A stretch of 64,000 bases of DNA from Takakia lepidozioides (Eukaryota > Plantae > Bryophyta): NCBI GenBank assembly GCA_030704615.1, contig CM060731.1, positions 26,350,001 through 26,414,000 of the forward strand. The letters are read 5' to 3'. Each line of letters begins with the position of its first letter. Positions within the stretch are counted from its first letter, which is position 1. The notes under the pieces are model-generated. The model had not been told where the DNA came from and did no database searches. It saw only the letters and a program-made list of their open reading frames with translations. Made by a program: the position numbers and the translations under genes. Shown piece after piece: positions 50,889 to 63,970 of this stretch.

Positions 50889-52399
50889 TGCCACTGCCCA
50901 CCACCCTACCTACCTTACTCCTCTAAGCGCATCATCTCCTAAATACTGGCAGAGCGTGCAAGCCTGATTCCAGAGTAAGACAGGATTACCCTCGACAATG
51001 ACAGAGAAATCACACCCTGTCAAGAGGGAATGCGATGCAGATAATTAACTTAGACGAGAGAAACTGACCGAGAGGGGAAAAGGAAAGACACCTCGTTTTG
51101 ACGCAGACACATTCCGATATGAGATAAGATAAAGTTTCTTTAACCCCTAAGCGCCCATTCGACACGTTTTCGGCCTAATGTTTTGGTTTTTCGGCTCTGT
51201 TTTTCTCGGATTTTAACCGATTAACCTGATTTTTGGAGGGTAGGATGCCAGCCACATGGCAGTCTGGATTCCAACGCGCGATTAGGTTTTTTTTTTTTTT
51301 TTTTTTTTTTTGGTTAGGGTTGCAATTTTTGGCTGCGCAGGAGGTGGGGTATGCTTCTGCAGCGATTTTTGCTTGCTCCCGCGTTTTGAGCGTCGTCTCT
51401 CTCCTTCCCGCGCTTTGCCTTGTGCTGTGATCTCGTCTGTTGTGGCATTCGCGCGTGTTCCATACTTTGTTGCAGGTTGCCGTTGCAGATGCCTTGACAG
51501 GTTGTCGTTGGTGGTCTGCTCCGATTTGCATCTTCCATTATCTCTTTCTCTTTCAGTCGAGGAAACTTGGAAATTGTGGGCAAGTGCCAGAGACTGAGCC
51601 ATAGCTGTGAGAGAGGATGGGCCGACATTGCATTGATACTCAGGGTGCGCATTCAAGGCAGTGTTCATTGTTTGATACCTGAGCTAGACTGTGCGCAGTT
51701 AGGGCATCGTGTAGCTTATCCTTGTGTTTATCCTTGTCTGCATAGGCAAATTGGTGGAGGAAGGTTGAAGCTACATAGTATAACATGGGTTTGGGTGTGT
51801 TGCCTCCCCCTGCATCTGCGCATTTGGAGACTCAAGCTGCATCGATTGCCAAATGGGCACGCTCACTGGGCGCATCAACCGAGCAAGTCGAGCGGATTGT
51901 CGGGTGCCTGAATGAGGACTACCTCCTGTGTTTGAAGAGACCTGCTTGTGTGCGTTGGCCTGGATTTCCACAGCCCTCCAATTTTTGTTACTTGTTTAGG
52001 CGCCATTGCACAGAGATTTTGGGTTGGGTAGATCGCAAGGAGGAAGGAGACCCCTTTGGGTTCAGCGCAGAGGTAAACAACATTTTGAGGCTCGAGGTTT
52101 GGCCTGACTTCTAGACGTCTTCTGCTAGCCACGATGAGGCTCAAACAGCTGGCCAGGGAAAGAGGTAATCGTATTGAACCCTCTTTTGATTTCATGACTG
52201 AGGAGATGGGCAATTCGGCCTACTCCTTGCGCAACTCTCAAAATCCTATATGTGATCCTGCTGGTCACTCCCAAACTATGGAGGACATAGGGATTTTGGG
52301 ATCCACAGTGAAGGTGGCAGTGGCTGAGCTGCACCTTCAGGATGTGGCATCGTCTAGCAATGCCCACGAATTTGAATATGACACTGTGGTAGACAAGAC

Positions 52400-54244
52400 A
52401 TGGGACATCCTGAATGGTACAGAGAATTATACTGTCTTTTTTTTTGTGTCCTTGGTGTTCATGTGGTATCGTCACAGTCCTGTGTTGTGTGTAATCTTGA
52501 TGATTCAATGTTGTGCACTATCCCTGAGCTCTTGAGGTTGGATTCTGAAGCTGAATTGCCTGAGGGGGGAGTAGATGATAGTGAATCAGATTCTGATTGT
52601 GACTATAATCCAGAAGACGATGACCTTGTTGACATCGACAATCTTGACTTGATGTACTACTATGTGGACACGGGGAATCCAACGCATGAGGTGGGATTAT
52701 ATGATTTGCCGTCCAATTGGGAGCAGTGGGGTCCTGCTGAGTTGTTTGGTGATGACATGTGGAACTCCTCTGCTACTGAATTGCCAGACATTACATGGTT
52801 AGGTGGGGATTCGGGTCCTCGTTTGCCTTTTGAAGATTCGGCAAATCCAGTTGATTTTTTCAATTTGTTTTGGCCATTGTCGGTCATGCGCCGAATTTGC
52901 AGTATGACCAACTTGTATGCCAGGACAGAAAACCAGAATGGAAACCTGAAAGGAGGTAGATGGTGGTACCCTATCACCATCCGTGAATGGAAGGCTTGGC
53001 TTGTTGTTCACATGCTTATGGGAATCAAAAAATTGCCTAGTACTAGATTGTATTGGAAAGCCAACAATGCCTTCTTCAATTGCCCTTCCATCATGCGCAT
53101 TATGTCCCGCAACCAAAGGGAAACAATTCTGAGGTGCCTCCACCTTGTTGACAACAGGGATGTATGCACTATTGACACTGACCCTGCTTTTGATAAGTTA
53201 GCTAAAACCAGGTGGTTGCTAGATGCACTAAATGGTTTGTATGCCACCTACATGAGCCCCGAGCAGAATTTGACTGTGGATGAGCAAATGGTGAAGTACA
53301 AGGGCAAATATGCCCGAATCCAGCAATACCTGAGCAAGAAGCCTGTGAAGTGGGGTCTGAAGGTGTGGTGTTTGTGTGGTGCATGTTCCAAATATGTTCA
53401 GAAGTTAGAGGTTTACCTTGGGAAGGATGATGGGAATGATCTGACCCATGGCAGTGGATATGGCGTGGTGACAAGGTTACTAGAAGGATTTGAGGGTAAG
53501 GGCCATATTGTAACGATGGATAATTTTTTCAGTAGCCCCATCATGTTCTATGATTTGGCAGCAAAACAGATCTATGCCATTGGCACGGTAAAAACCTCCC
53601 GAGTGGGCTTTCCTACGTGCCTTGATTTGGGGAAGAAGGGTGAGAGAGGTAGGCTGGAATATCGTGTTCACATAAGTGGCAAAGTAGCCGCTATTGCCTA
53701 GATGGATGCCAAGTTGGTGACCATGATTTCCAGTGCCATTTCCCCTGTCGGTCCTAATTGCTTCATACAAAGATGGCACAAAGGGGCAAGACGTGTTGTG
53801 CCTACCTCCCCTATTGTGGTTCATTACCAGCAGCATATGCGGGGAGTAGATGTTCACGATCAGCTACGGGGTTACTACTCTGTTCAGTCCAGGGACCATA
53901 AATGGTGGCACCGCTTGTACTTTCATGGAGTTGACACTTCTTTGGTGAATGCTTACATATTGTACCTGAGTTTTATGAGGGGAAAGGGCCACATTCCTCT
54001 TAGCCATATGCTTTTCAATTTGGAGGTTGCAAAGGGACTAATTGTGGGGTGGGTTCCTCCCAGGAGAACAGTAATGCCAGGGGCAGATGTGCCCAACCCG
54101 GGGTCCGTGCATTTCTCCCTCAAGACTAGTAGGAGGAGGAAGTGTGTTCAGTGTGGTATGCATCAAAGGTATTTTTGTCACGCGTGTGGAGATGTCTATA
54201 TGTGCCTTGGACGATGTTTTGTCAAAAGCCATAGCCTTCTCTGA
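52400..54244 (+). pseudogene. piggyBac transposase (DDD triad and C-terminal Cys-rich domain) with one in-frame stop
   Basis: PVDFFNLF…TNLYA…MSRN…RCLH…DKLAK…LTVDEQM…KPVKWGLK…TMDNFF…MRGVDVHDQ…KWWHRL…CVQC…CHAC…C…CF…H. TAG at 53699-701 where Trp is expected (W-D motif). True start and upstream exons unresolved. Confidence 0.9.
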
Positions 54245-54644
54245 TTATAGATACTTCTATGTTCAGTAATTGATATGGTTGATTTCATACTGCAGAGACA
54301 TGGAGACCTTTGATGCCAAAGAGGGGGTATCCTCCTTATGACTCTTTTTCTATGTAGTGGTGTTCTGTCTTTTTCTAAACACAATGGTGTGTTTGGGGGT
54401 TGGTTTGTTGTTGGTAGCCATGAAACATTTGTATTGAGGATCCAGCCGTAGAGAGTCACTTGACAGTCCAAGGAGAGGTATGATTTTGTGGTTGTGCAAT
54501 ATTGGGGTTCACTGAGTCCTGATCTGAATGGTTTGTTTGCTACTCCAGCTTTTTGCCTTAGTGTTCATGTAGCTCCGAGGTCTTTGCTGCAACAATTTTG
54601 TGTTTCAATTAGGACTGAGTCCATTTTCTTTGCCCTTGTGTTCA

Positions 54645-55175
54645 TGTGTGAATTGCCAATTGGGGCAAGTTAGTGGGTTCAACTCCCACTCACACAATTC
54701 GGCGTGTAAAGGTGGGTTCATCTCTGGTTTTTCTGAGTCTGATTTGATGCTAGTGCTGGCCATATGTTGGTCTTTCTTTGTGTGAGCTGCCAGTTGGGGC
54801 AGGCCACTGGGTTCAATTCCCACTCACACAATGGAATTATCTGTGTTCAGGTTTGTATGTTGCCTCATTGTGTTGGAATTTTGCTGGCCTTCAAGCTTGT
54901 GTGGCTGCCTCATTGTCTCTAAACTTTCAGAGTGTGCAGATTGTGTGGAACTTGGCCAAAAGCCTTCAGCATGGGCTGCCAGTTGGGGCAGCTCCATGGG
55001 TTCAAATCCCACCCATGCTTGGCCACTAAGGGTGGGAGATGAAGGTGAGGCTGTTTTGCATCTTTATATTTTGGGAGCTTGGGCTTGTGTGGAATTTGGC
55101 TTCAGCATGGGCTGCCACCTGGGGCAGCTCTGTGGGTTCAAATCCCACCCATACTCTCCCACTATGGATGGGAGA
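54645..55175 (+). repeat. Four degenerate repeats in the piggyBac 3' region (GCTGCCAGTTGGGGCAG…GGGTTCAAnTCCCAC)
   Basis: Copies at about 54655, 54787, 54975 and 55111. Confidence 0.75.
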
Positions 55176-55987
55176 TGAAGTAGTTGGCTGCTGTGCTTGA
55201 TTCTGGCCTTTGTCTTCATGTTGCTAGACTCCATTTTGTGTGCCTTAGGCTTGTGTGGAACTTGGGCAAGAGAATGAGAGCAAGTGGAAGCTGATGTGCA
55301 CATGCCAGGTGTCTTTGTGCTTCAGCAAAACTGCTGCTGCCTATGGCATTTTGACCCCCCTTACTTTGACCAGTTGTAAATCAGAAAATATGAATCCATT
55401 TTTGCATTCTATGGCTCATCAGAATGCCAATGTGCAGGACAACACCTGTAAGCAGGATGAGGTCCTGCAGATTTCATCCCGTCATTGAAAATTGCAAATT
55501 CCTCCAATTTCCCTTATTGTTTTGGGAGGGGCCCAAAAAATGGGCCCCACACTCAACGGTGGCGTTTCTCTGATTTTCACCTGATTGGCCTGGAAATTTA
55601 CAGGTGTCTGGAAGGGGTAGATATGAGCATAACGTCTGGTCAATTTTCCCAAAAACTTTTTTTTCGCTGAGATATTCTCATTTTTCTGAGCTGGGGTCCA
55701 CTTTTTCAAAAAGTCAACATTGGGCACTGGGCGCTTAAGGGTTAACGTCCAGTGAGATTTGAGAGAAAACCCCAATTGGCTGATTACATCAACAAGTTGA
55801 ACAGTGTAGTCAAAATGAGAGACTAATCACTGCACTAATTTGGGATTGCATGTGCTTGATTAGCAAATTTTGTCTTTCTTGTTTATTTATGTTGCGATAA
55901 ACTTTAAACTAGAGTATCTGATGAGGTATGCATTTACCGACATGTGTTTCTGCCCATTGCTAATGGAAAGCCCATTCAGTCCTTCAG

Positions 55988-56712
55988 TGTTGAGGATGTC
56001 AGCTGATTACAAGGGTTATGTCGCGGCCTTTTGCCTTGAGGGCAGGGGGGTCGGGACGCAGAGGGGCTACCCCTGTGGTGGGGGCGGTGGCAGCAATAGG
56101 TACGGGGGTTGAAGCACCCTTGAGTGCCCCAGGCACTCAAGGAGGCGGAGGCGCTCACTAGGTGGAGCCCCGCACACCAGGTTGCGGTGGGGGTGGCATA
56201 GGACTCACCATGGGGCGGAGACCTTGTGGTGGGAGTCGTGGGGAGTCTTGGGACTCATCACGGTCCAATGGGACCGTGGTGGGTGGGCCAAGACTCACCA
56301 CGACTCATCACCGGGAATCGAGGGTCTCCGTGGTGGTTCGCCATAAAATCGCATGGTTGTTTGTGAAACCCCCGCGGACAGTCACAAAAGTATATATAGG
56401 GAGTAGTAACCCCGAGAATGGTGCAAGCCCGTGGGTGACCAAAAACTAGTGAGTAAGCGAGCGAGCCGGAAAGCGACCAAGAAGTGGGGAGCTATTCTGG
56501 ACTGCCATCTACCAAAGGGAATTTCCACTAGGCCGAAATTGGTGGAGGGTCTGTTGGGGGAGAGAAGGGGGACCGTTATGTCTCGGTGAGCAGCCGAAGC
56601 TCCGAGTTGGCCCAGCGGCCAGGTTGGGAGTTAGGTGCGCGCATCAAAGCGAGTAACTATGACTTGAAGGGGAGCTTACCGAAGTGAGGTGCGCAACACT
56701 TGGTATCAGAGC
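55988..56712 (+). mobile_element. LTR with tRNA-iMet primer binding site
   Basis: Ends …GCAACA (56698), followed by TGGTATCAGAGC (56701-12). Start is TGTTG (55988) or TGTCGCG (56019). TATA-like sequence at about 56391. Confidence 0.75.
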
Positions 56713-57690
56713 TTAGAGTACAGTACGCGATTGTCCTTGGGCGGGTGCCGCCTTGACGTGAGAAGGACCTCCCTTCGATTTCCACGTACCATTGTCGCCG
56801 CGTGGTCTATCCCACTTCTTTTCCGGTCGGAAGGAGTCACCCTCCCGCCGGGTCTTCTTGTGGTTCAGCTCCGTACGGCCTTGTCTTTCGCCCCTAGGGA
56901 CATCCGAGAAACATTCGGCCCTCTCAATTGCCTCGTTCAAAGTCTTAGGTGGCTTCTCCTCCAACTTCCGCTTGGCCCATGGGGCCAGTCCCACCACAAG
57001 TTGAAGACCATTTCTGGTTCTGCCATGTCCGCGACTTTGAGCAACATTACATTGAAAGCCTGAACATATCCCCGAATGTCATCCGTTTGCTTCAGATTCC
57101 TCATCTTGTCCCGGGCGAACCAGGACGCGTTGATGGGCACAAACTGTCTCTTCATCAGTTCCTTGAATCCACTCCAGTTCAAGGTTTCCGGGTTGACCTC
57201 GGTCGTGAAGGCGTTTCTGCCACCATTGTTGAGCATAGCCCCTCAAATAGGTGGGAGCCACTTCCACCCGATCCTCGTCACTCAACTTGGCCCGGAAGTA
57301 CTGCTCTAGCTCCAAGAGCCAGGTGTTGAGTGCCTTCCGATTTCGGGCGCCCTCGAAGGTGTCGGGTACCTTAGGCTTCACCTTAAACTTTGCCTTAGTG
57401 GAAGTGGCATTAGCTGCCTTCAACACGTCTTTCAACGTCCCGCCAAATTGCGCCAACAACCCTTCCCAAAAGGCTGCTGGCATGGGAGGTATCTGTTGGT
57501 CTGTCGAAGCTCTCAGGGATTCCTCGGGCTCCGACTTCTCAGATCCATCCCGTTCTTGAGTGGCCTCGCTTTCAAAAGCATGCATCGCTTCCTCAAATGG
57601 CCGCTTCGGTGACACGTCGCCCCCATCGGGCTCACCACGATCATCATCTTTCGGGCCGTTCCGCTTTGGCTTTGGCTTACCCGACCCCAT
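56713..57690 (-). pseudogene. Ty3/gypsy gag fragment, inverted relative to the adjacent LTR/PBS
   Basis: KPKVPDTFEG…WLLELEQYF…LRGYAQQWW / WSGFKELMKRQF…RNLKQT…YVQAF; frameshifts. Confidence 0.8.
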
Positions 57691-57699
57691 GATGAGGCC

Positions 57700-58362
57700 G
57701 ATACCCATTCCCAAGGGCCCATGGTCGTCCGTGTCTATGGACTTTATTACGGACCTTCCAATTTCCAAGACCACCGATTTTAATCCTTGTTATTGTAGAT
57801 CGTTTTACGAAGATGACACATTTCATTCCATGTAATTAGACGGTTACCGGCGATGAAACTGCAAGACTCTTCCTCAATAATATCTACCGCATTCATGGAC
57901 TCCCGAAGGACATCGTATCTGATCGAGGACCACAGTTCATATCAAATTTCTGGAGGGGATTATTTCACATATTGGATACTAAGATCAACCTCTCTACAGC
58001 TAATCATCCACAAACTGATAGTCAAACCGAACGTGTAAACCAGATTTGGAGCAGTATCTTCGATGTACGATAAATTATCACCAAGATAATTGGACGGACC
58101 TTCTGTCATTGGTTGAGTTTGCCTACAACAACACTATACATTATTCGACCAAACAAACAAGGCCGTAAGGTCGATGTCGTGGTCCTTTCGCTCTAGCACA
58201 CGTGTCGCAAGATTTTATAAATTCTTTCATGAGTTTCCACATTTGCGGCCACCAGAAGTTCCTGGATATCAATTCCATTGTTTTGTTGAAGCCGAAATGT
58301 CCTACAGCCGGAAGGTCATGACATGTTTGAAGAATTCGAAGTCGTGTAGGTCCTTGAGGTAC
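57700..58362. pseudogene. Rearranged integrase fragments (plus 57700-58140; minus 58160-58362)
   Basis: Near-identical to 61020-61452 ([14 protein letters not shown]…SDRGPQF…QTERVNQ) and to 60810-61010 in inverted orientation. Confidence 0.85.
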
Positions 58363-58699
58363 TGTCACGGACATAGCCCAGAAGTACTTACCAGGAGTAA
58401 ATACCAGAAGTTACCAAGTTACCAAGTTATCATGTTACCAAAAGTTACCATGATTTACCATTACTTATCAAGTTACCGGGAGTTTATCAAATTACCAAGA
58501 GTAACTTGGGAAACTGCTCAGGAAGCTTGCTTTGGAGGAAACTTCTCCATCAAGATACCTCATTTGTTTAAGGAAGCTTCTCCATCAAGAAACCTTTGTT
58601 TGATCTTGGAAACTTCTCCAACAAGAAACCTCCATAGGGAAAGCTTCTTAGAGAAGCTTCTTAGTAGCCAGTATATATAGGAGGCGAGATTAAACACTC

Positions 58700-61452
58700 T
58701 TTAGTCTCGCCAACACCAGTTCAAGCTAAATCGAGATATCTCTGTAGAAACACTTTTGGACTCAGGGGCTTCAACATGTTTTATTGACAAAAACTTTGCG
58801 AAACAACACAATTTAACGCTCGTAAAGAAGAAACTCTCGGCCCCCGTTGAAGTCATCGGTGGACGACCATTAGCATCAGAAAATGTTGACCATGAAACTC
58901 GACCACTTGAAGTGAAGCTTGAAGATCAAGCATCACATATTGTTTTCAACATCATCCAGTCTCCAACGAATCCTGTGATCTTTGGACTTCCCTGGTTCGT
59001 ACTTCACAATCCTGACATCGACTAGCGATCGCGAAAAATTTCTGCAAGACAAAAATGTAGAAATATCAAAGGTATTCAACCCCTATTCCTCGGAGCTAGA
59101 GCTTTCATGAGAGCTACAAAAAATGATGCGGCATTTGCACTTTATGCGACTCCAATAGAGACCACAACAGACAAAGATACTTCGACATTATCCACTCAAT
59201 ATCAAGATTTCAAGGATGTCTTCGAGAAGCAAAATGCAGACATATTGTCAGAACATCAACTTTATGACTGTGCAATTGAGTTACAAGAAGGAGCCCAACC
59301 ACTATTCAGCCCAATCTATAGCTTATCCCAGACGGAGTTGGCTGCATTACGTGAGTACAATGAAGAAAATTTGTTGAAGAACTTCATTCGACATTCAAAA
59401 TCACCTACGGGGGCGCCTATCTTGTTAGTGAAAAAAAAAAACGGATCATTACGCATGTGGTAGACTATCGCGGTCTCAACAAAGTCACAATTAAGAATCG
59501 TTATCCGTTGCCGTTGATTTATGGGCTTCTCGACCAACTGGGACGAGCGAAGATTTTCACCAAAATTGACTCGAGATGAGCTTATAACCTTGTACGGATA
59601 AAAGAATGAGACGAATGGAAGACAACTTTTTGAACAAAGTATGTACATTTTGAGTACAGTGTTATGTCTTTCAGTCTTACAAATGCTCCAACAATTTTCC
59701 AATATATGATGAATGACATCTTTCGAGAATTTTTAGATGACTTTGTAGTCATCTATTTGGACGACATTTTGATATTTTCATAGAATGAAGAAGAAAATGG
59801 CCGCCATGTACGCCTTGTCCTTGATAAATTAAGAGAAAAAAAGACTATATGCCAAGTTGGAAAAATGTCTTTTCCATCAATCTGAGGTCGAATTTCTGGG
59901 CTACATTATTTCCGACAAATGCGTCTTTATGGATCAGAAGAAAATACAAATTGTCATCGAGTGGATTAAACCAACTTCGGTCCGAGATGTACAATGTTTT
60001 CTGGGATTCACAAATTTCTTTAGAATCTTCATCAATGACTACTCCAAAATTGCTGCACCATTAACTCACAGGGAAGGTCAAATTTGTATGGGACGAGAAG
60101 GTTGACCAAGCATTTGAAAGGCTGAAGCAGACATTTACAACGGCTCCAATATTGGTACATGCAGACCTATCTAAACCATTCTTTTTGGAAGCAGATACAT
60201 CGGATTTTGTACTTGACGCGATACTCTCTTAATACGGTACAGATAGCCGACTTCACTCTGTTGGTTTTCGTTCTCGCAAATTTTCCGCTGCGGAGATCAA
60301 TTATGAAATCCATGACAAAGAACTTTTAGCGATTATCGATGCTTTTGAAGAGTGGCGTTATCTATTGGAGGGAGCTAAACATCAGGTCACTATCTATCAC
60401 AAAAACCTCGAGTATTTTATGAGTGCTCGTGTTTTGAATCGACGTCAAGCAAGATGGAGTATGCTACTAGCAAGGTTTAATTTTGTTATTACCTACTGTC
60501 CCGGACATCTTTAAGGAAAACCAGATGCTCTTTCTCGACGATCGTATCTTACACCAAAAGAAAATGATGCAGCTTTTGACCAACAGAAATCCATCATCTT
60601 GAAACCAGCAAATCTCCAATTGAATATGCTATCCATGTCCACTTATGATGATGTAGAGATCAGAAAGGAGATTCAGGAAGCACTGAAGAGCGACAAATTT
60701 GTTACGACACTACGAAGTCAACTAAATCGACCTCGAGACAATCCACATGTTACAAACGACTTCGAATTCAAAGATGACTTACTTTATTTCAAAGGACTTC
60801 TCTATGTACCTCCAGGGCCTACACGACTACGAATTCTTCAAACATGTCATGATCTTCCGGCTGCAGGACATTTCGGCTTCAACAAAACAATGGAATTGAT
60901 ATCCAGGGACTATTGGTGGCCGCAGATGTGGAAACTCGTTAAATAATTTATAAAATCTTGCGACACGTGTGCTAGAGCAAATGGACCACGACATCAACCT
61001 TACGGCCATCTTCAACCATTACTCATTCCCACGGGCCCATGGTCGTCCGTGTCTATGGACTTTATTACGGACATTCCAATTTTCAAGACCACCGATTCAA
61101 TCCTTGTTATTGTAGATCGTTTTACGAAGATGACACATTTCATTCCATGTAATAAGACGGTTACCGGCGAGGAAACTGCAAGACTCTTCCTCAATAATAT
61201 CTACCGCATTCATGGACTCCCGAAGGACATCGTATCTGATCGAGGACCACAGTTCATATCAAATTTCTGGAGGGGATTATTTCACATATTGGATACTAAG
61301 ATCAATCTCTGTATAGCTAATCATCCACAGACTGATGGTCAAACCGAACGCGTAAACCAGATTTTGGAGCAGTATCTTCGCTGTACGATAAATTATCACC
61401 AAGATAATTGGACGGACCTTCTGTCATTGGCTGACTTTACCTACAACAACAC
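58700..61452 (+). pseudogene. Ty3/gypsy pol (protease-RT-RNaseH-integrase), Tcn1-like chromovirus, heavily degenerate, cut by the hAT insertion
   Basis: LDSGASTCFI; FIRHSKSP.GAPI; IYLDDIL; EADTSD…[12 protein letters not shown]; CHD…GHFG…WWP…CDTC; SMDFI…SDRG…TERVN. Many stops and frameshifts. A probable LTR remnant begins TGTCACGG at about 58363. Confidence 0.88.
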
Positions 61453-61667
61453 CAGGGTTGCACACGTCAGTGACGTCACGTCACGTCGGACCTGACGCTG
61501 ACGCGACCAACGTCACGTCAGTTTTGCCGAAAAATCAGTAAAACATGAGTTAGGTGAAAAATATGTCACGTAGATGGACACTCTGTATTCCAAGCGACAC
61601 TTTGGCAAGTGAATGAATTGTTTTATAAATTACTCCATCCGCCAATATTTGAGGTCATTTTAAAATT

Positions 61668-62232
61668 GGTGCGACCTCCAAATGGTGGTGGTCGCAGAAT
61701 TTATCTTATTTTTTAATAGTTGTGACCACCAGCAGAAGGGTTGTCGCAGCATTTTTTGTTTTAAAAAAAATTGATGTGACCACTAGCAGGGGTGGTCGCA
61801 TTTTTTTCTTTTCTTAAACAGTTGCGACCACCGCTATTAGTGGTCGCACAATTTTTATTTTATTTGTAATAGGTGCGACCACCATCAGGGGGGTGGTCGC
61901 AACATTTTTCTATTTTTTAATATCTGCGACCACCAGCATGGGGATGGTCGCAACATTTTTCTTTTTTTTTAATGAGTGCGACCACCAACAAGAGGGTGGT
62001 CGCAGATTTTTTATTTATTTATTTATTTATTTTTGAATAATCTCTATGACCACGAGCATAGAGGTGGTCGCAACATTTTTCTTTTTTTAAATAGATGCGA
62101 CCACCAGCAGGGGGATGGTCGCAACAATTTTCTGTTTTTTAATATCTGCGAACACCAACATGAGGGTGGTCGCAGCAGTTTTTTTTTTAAAAATAACATG
62201 CAACTTCTTTGTGCGACCTGGAGCGGTCGCAA
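61668..62232. repeat. hAT subterminal inverted-repeat array TGCGACCACC-N-GGTGGTCGCA separated by T-rich spacers
   Basis: About 11 copies at roughly 50-60 bp spacing. Confidence 0.9.
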
Positions 62233-62599
62233 CATTGGATTCTGATTCGTCGAGCGTATGAGGCTTGGAGGCTGGAGGGTATATAAGGTGGTCTCAATGC
62301 CCCTCACTTCTTTTGTGGCAAACACTTTTTGTGGCAAGTGAATATTCTCTATTCCTTGAGCAAGAGTGTAAGCCCAAGAGGAGAGTGCGGACCGTTTGCT
62401 GTTGTGGCTTCCACCAGAGCCACTGCAGCAAATTATCGAAAAGCACAATACTACATGGTGCATTGATCTACTTGGATTGATGCCGTAGTGTTGGGCCATC
62501 ACATTCTGTTCTAATTTATATTGTTCTTGACAAATCTACCAAGTACACTAGTGTTCTTCGTTCAACCTTAAGTCTGTGGTTAGGGTTTTGGGTGTGAGG

Positions 62600-63970
62600 A
62601 TGAGGGAGGAGTGGATCCCTTGGTTCACCGTAGTCCCGCACAAAAAAGACGGTATTCATTGCAATCTATGTGCATTAAAGCTGGCGGATCGCATGTTATA
62701 TCACCTCGGCTATAGAGATGGGAAGAATGCAGGGGTTAGTTTGTGCCCAAAAGCCTCAATGCGAATGAAAGCCCACTTTGCCCAATGTAGAGGCAATATC
62801 CCACCGTCTCTTGATGTGGCCGCGGCTTCTGAGCCAAACACTCCAGGCTCGAATCAAAATGTCCCTCAGAGTTGTACCCATGGGGATTCTTGCGAGGCGT
62901 CTGCTGTTCGTGGAGAAGCCGGTGGGTCAGGAGCAACACCCTATTGTACGCCAGCACTTGTACGGACCAGACCATTGAGGCAACAATCAATGCAAGAAGG
63001 GTTAAATTTGTCGCACAGGAGGACTTTGGATAAGAAGTGGACCCAATTTTTCTACGAGGCCAATATTCCGTTCAATGTCTCAAGGCTTTCTGCGTTTGTG
63101 GCTGCTGTCAAAGCCACGTCCGATTCCAAGTCCACATACACACCTCCGAGTTATCGCGATCTCCGCACAGGATTGCTAGAAGAGGCTATGTCTGACCTCA
63201 CCCAAAAGGTGAATGAAAAGACAAGTGATTCTCTCCGGAAATATGGAAGCACTATATGTGCGGACGGTTGGAGTTCTGTTACTAATCGACCACTGTTCAA
63301 TGTCATGCTGGTCTGTCCTGCGGGAGAACAATTTTTGGGATCCGTTGATACAAGTGGGAAGAGAAAAGATGCACATTATCAAGCAGGGTTGTTGACGAGT
63401 TTCATCGATAAAATTGGAGCTGGTAAAATTGTCCAAGTGTGCACGGACAATGCATCTAACATGGTTAATATGGCTGATATTTTGATGGTACGATATCCCC
63501 ATCTATATTACTAAGGGTATGCTGCTCATATCTTTGATCTCCTTTTGGAGGATTGGGGAAAATAATCGTGGATGAAACAACTAGTAAAAAGGGCAAAGTC
63601 GGTTGTGACGTTCATTCGTACACATCACATCCCTCTGGCATTGTTTAGAAAGCATGAACCCAAATACAGCCTTAGGAACCCGGGTGAAACCCGCTTTGCC
63701 ACAAAAATTTTGATGGTGGATCGACTGGTGACTGTGAGGGCAGGTCTGGAGCAGGTGATCATTGACCCTCAATGGGATGCGTATGTAGGCACCTTACGCG
63801 ACTCTCGTAAGTCCAAGTCTTTGAAAAAAAATCGGAGGGTCCGCGCAATCATTCACTCCGACGATTTTTGGGCGAAATGTGCAAATTTTATGTATGTCGT
63901 GCGCATACATATCGCTACACAACTACATCGCTGTCCAAACCACACCACACATATATGCACAATAAAGTAG
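62600..63970 (+). pseudogene. hAT transposase (degenerate BED finger, DUF659-type region)
   Basis: CNLC…MLYHL; FFYEANIPFN; TPPSY…LR; ICADGWS; VQVCTDNASNM; stop at 63512-14 and a degenerate CAAH motif; PGETRFAT. Confidence 0.88.

Larger units (their letters stand above)
51144..55741 (+). mobile_element. piggyBac DNA transposon, both ends present (4.6 kb)
   Basis: TTAA at 51140-43 and 55742-45; 14-bp TIRs CCCCTAAGCGCCCA / CCCTTAAGCGCCCA; internal piggyBac-type transposase. Confidence 0.93.

Noticed and set aside
54645-55175. tRNA genes
   Set aside because: Only a T-arm-like motif is present; no complete cloverleaf or convincing A-box was seen.
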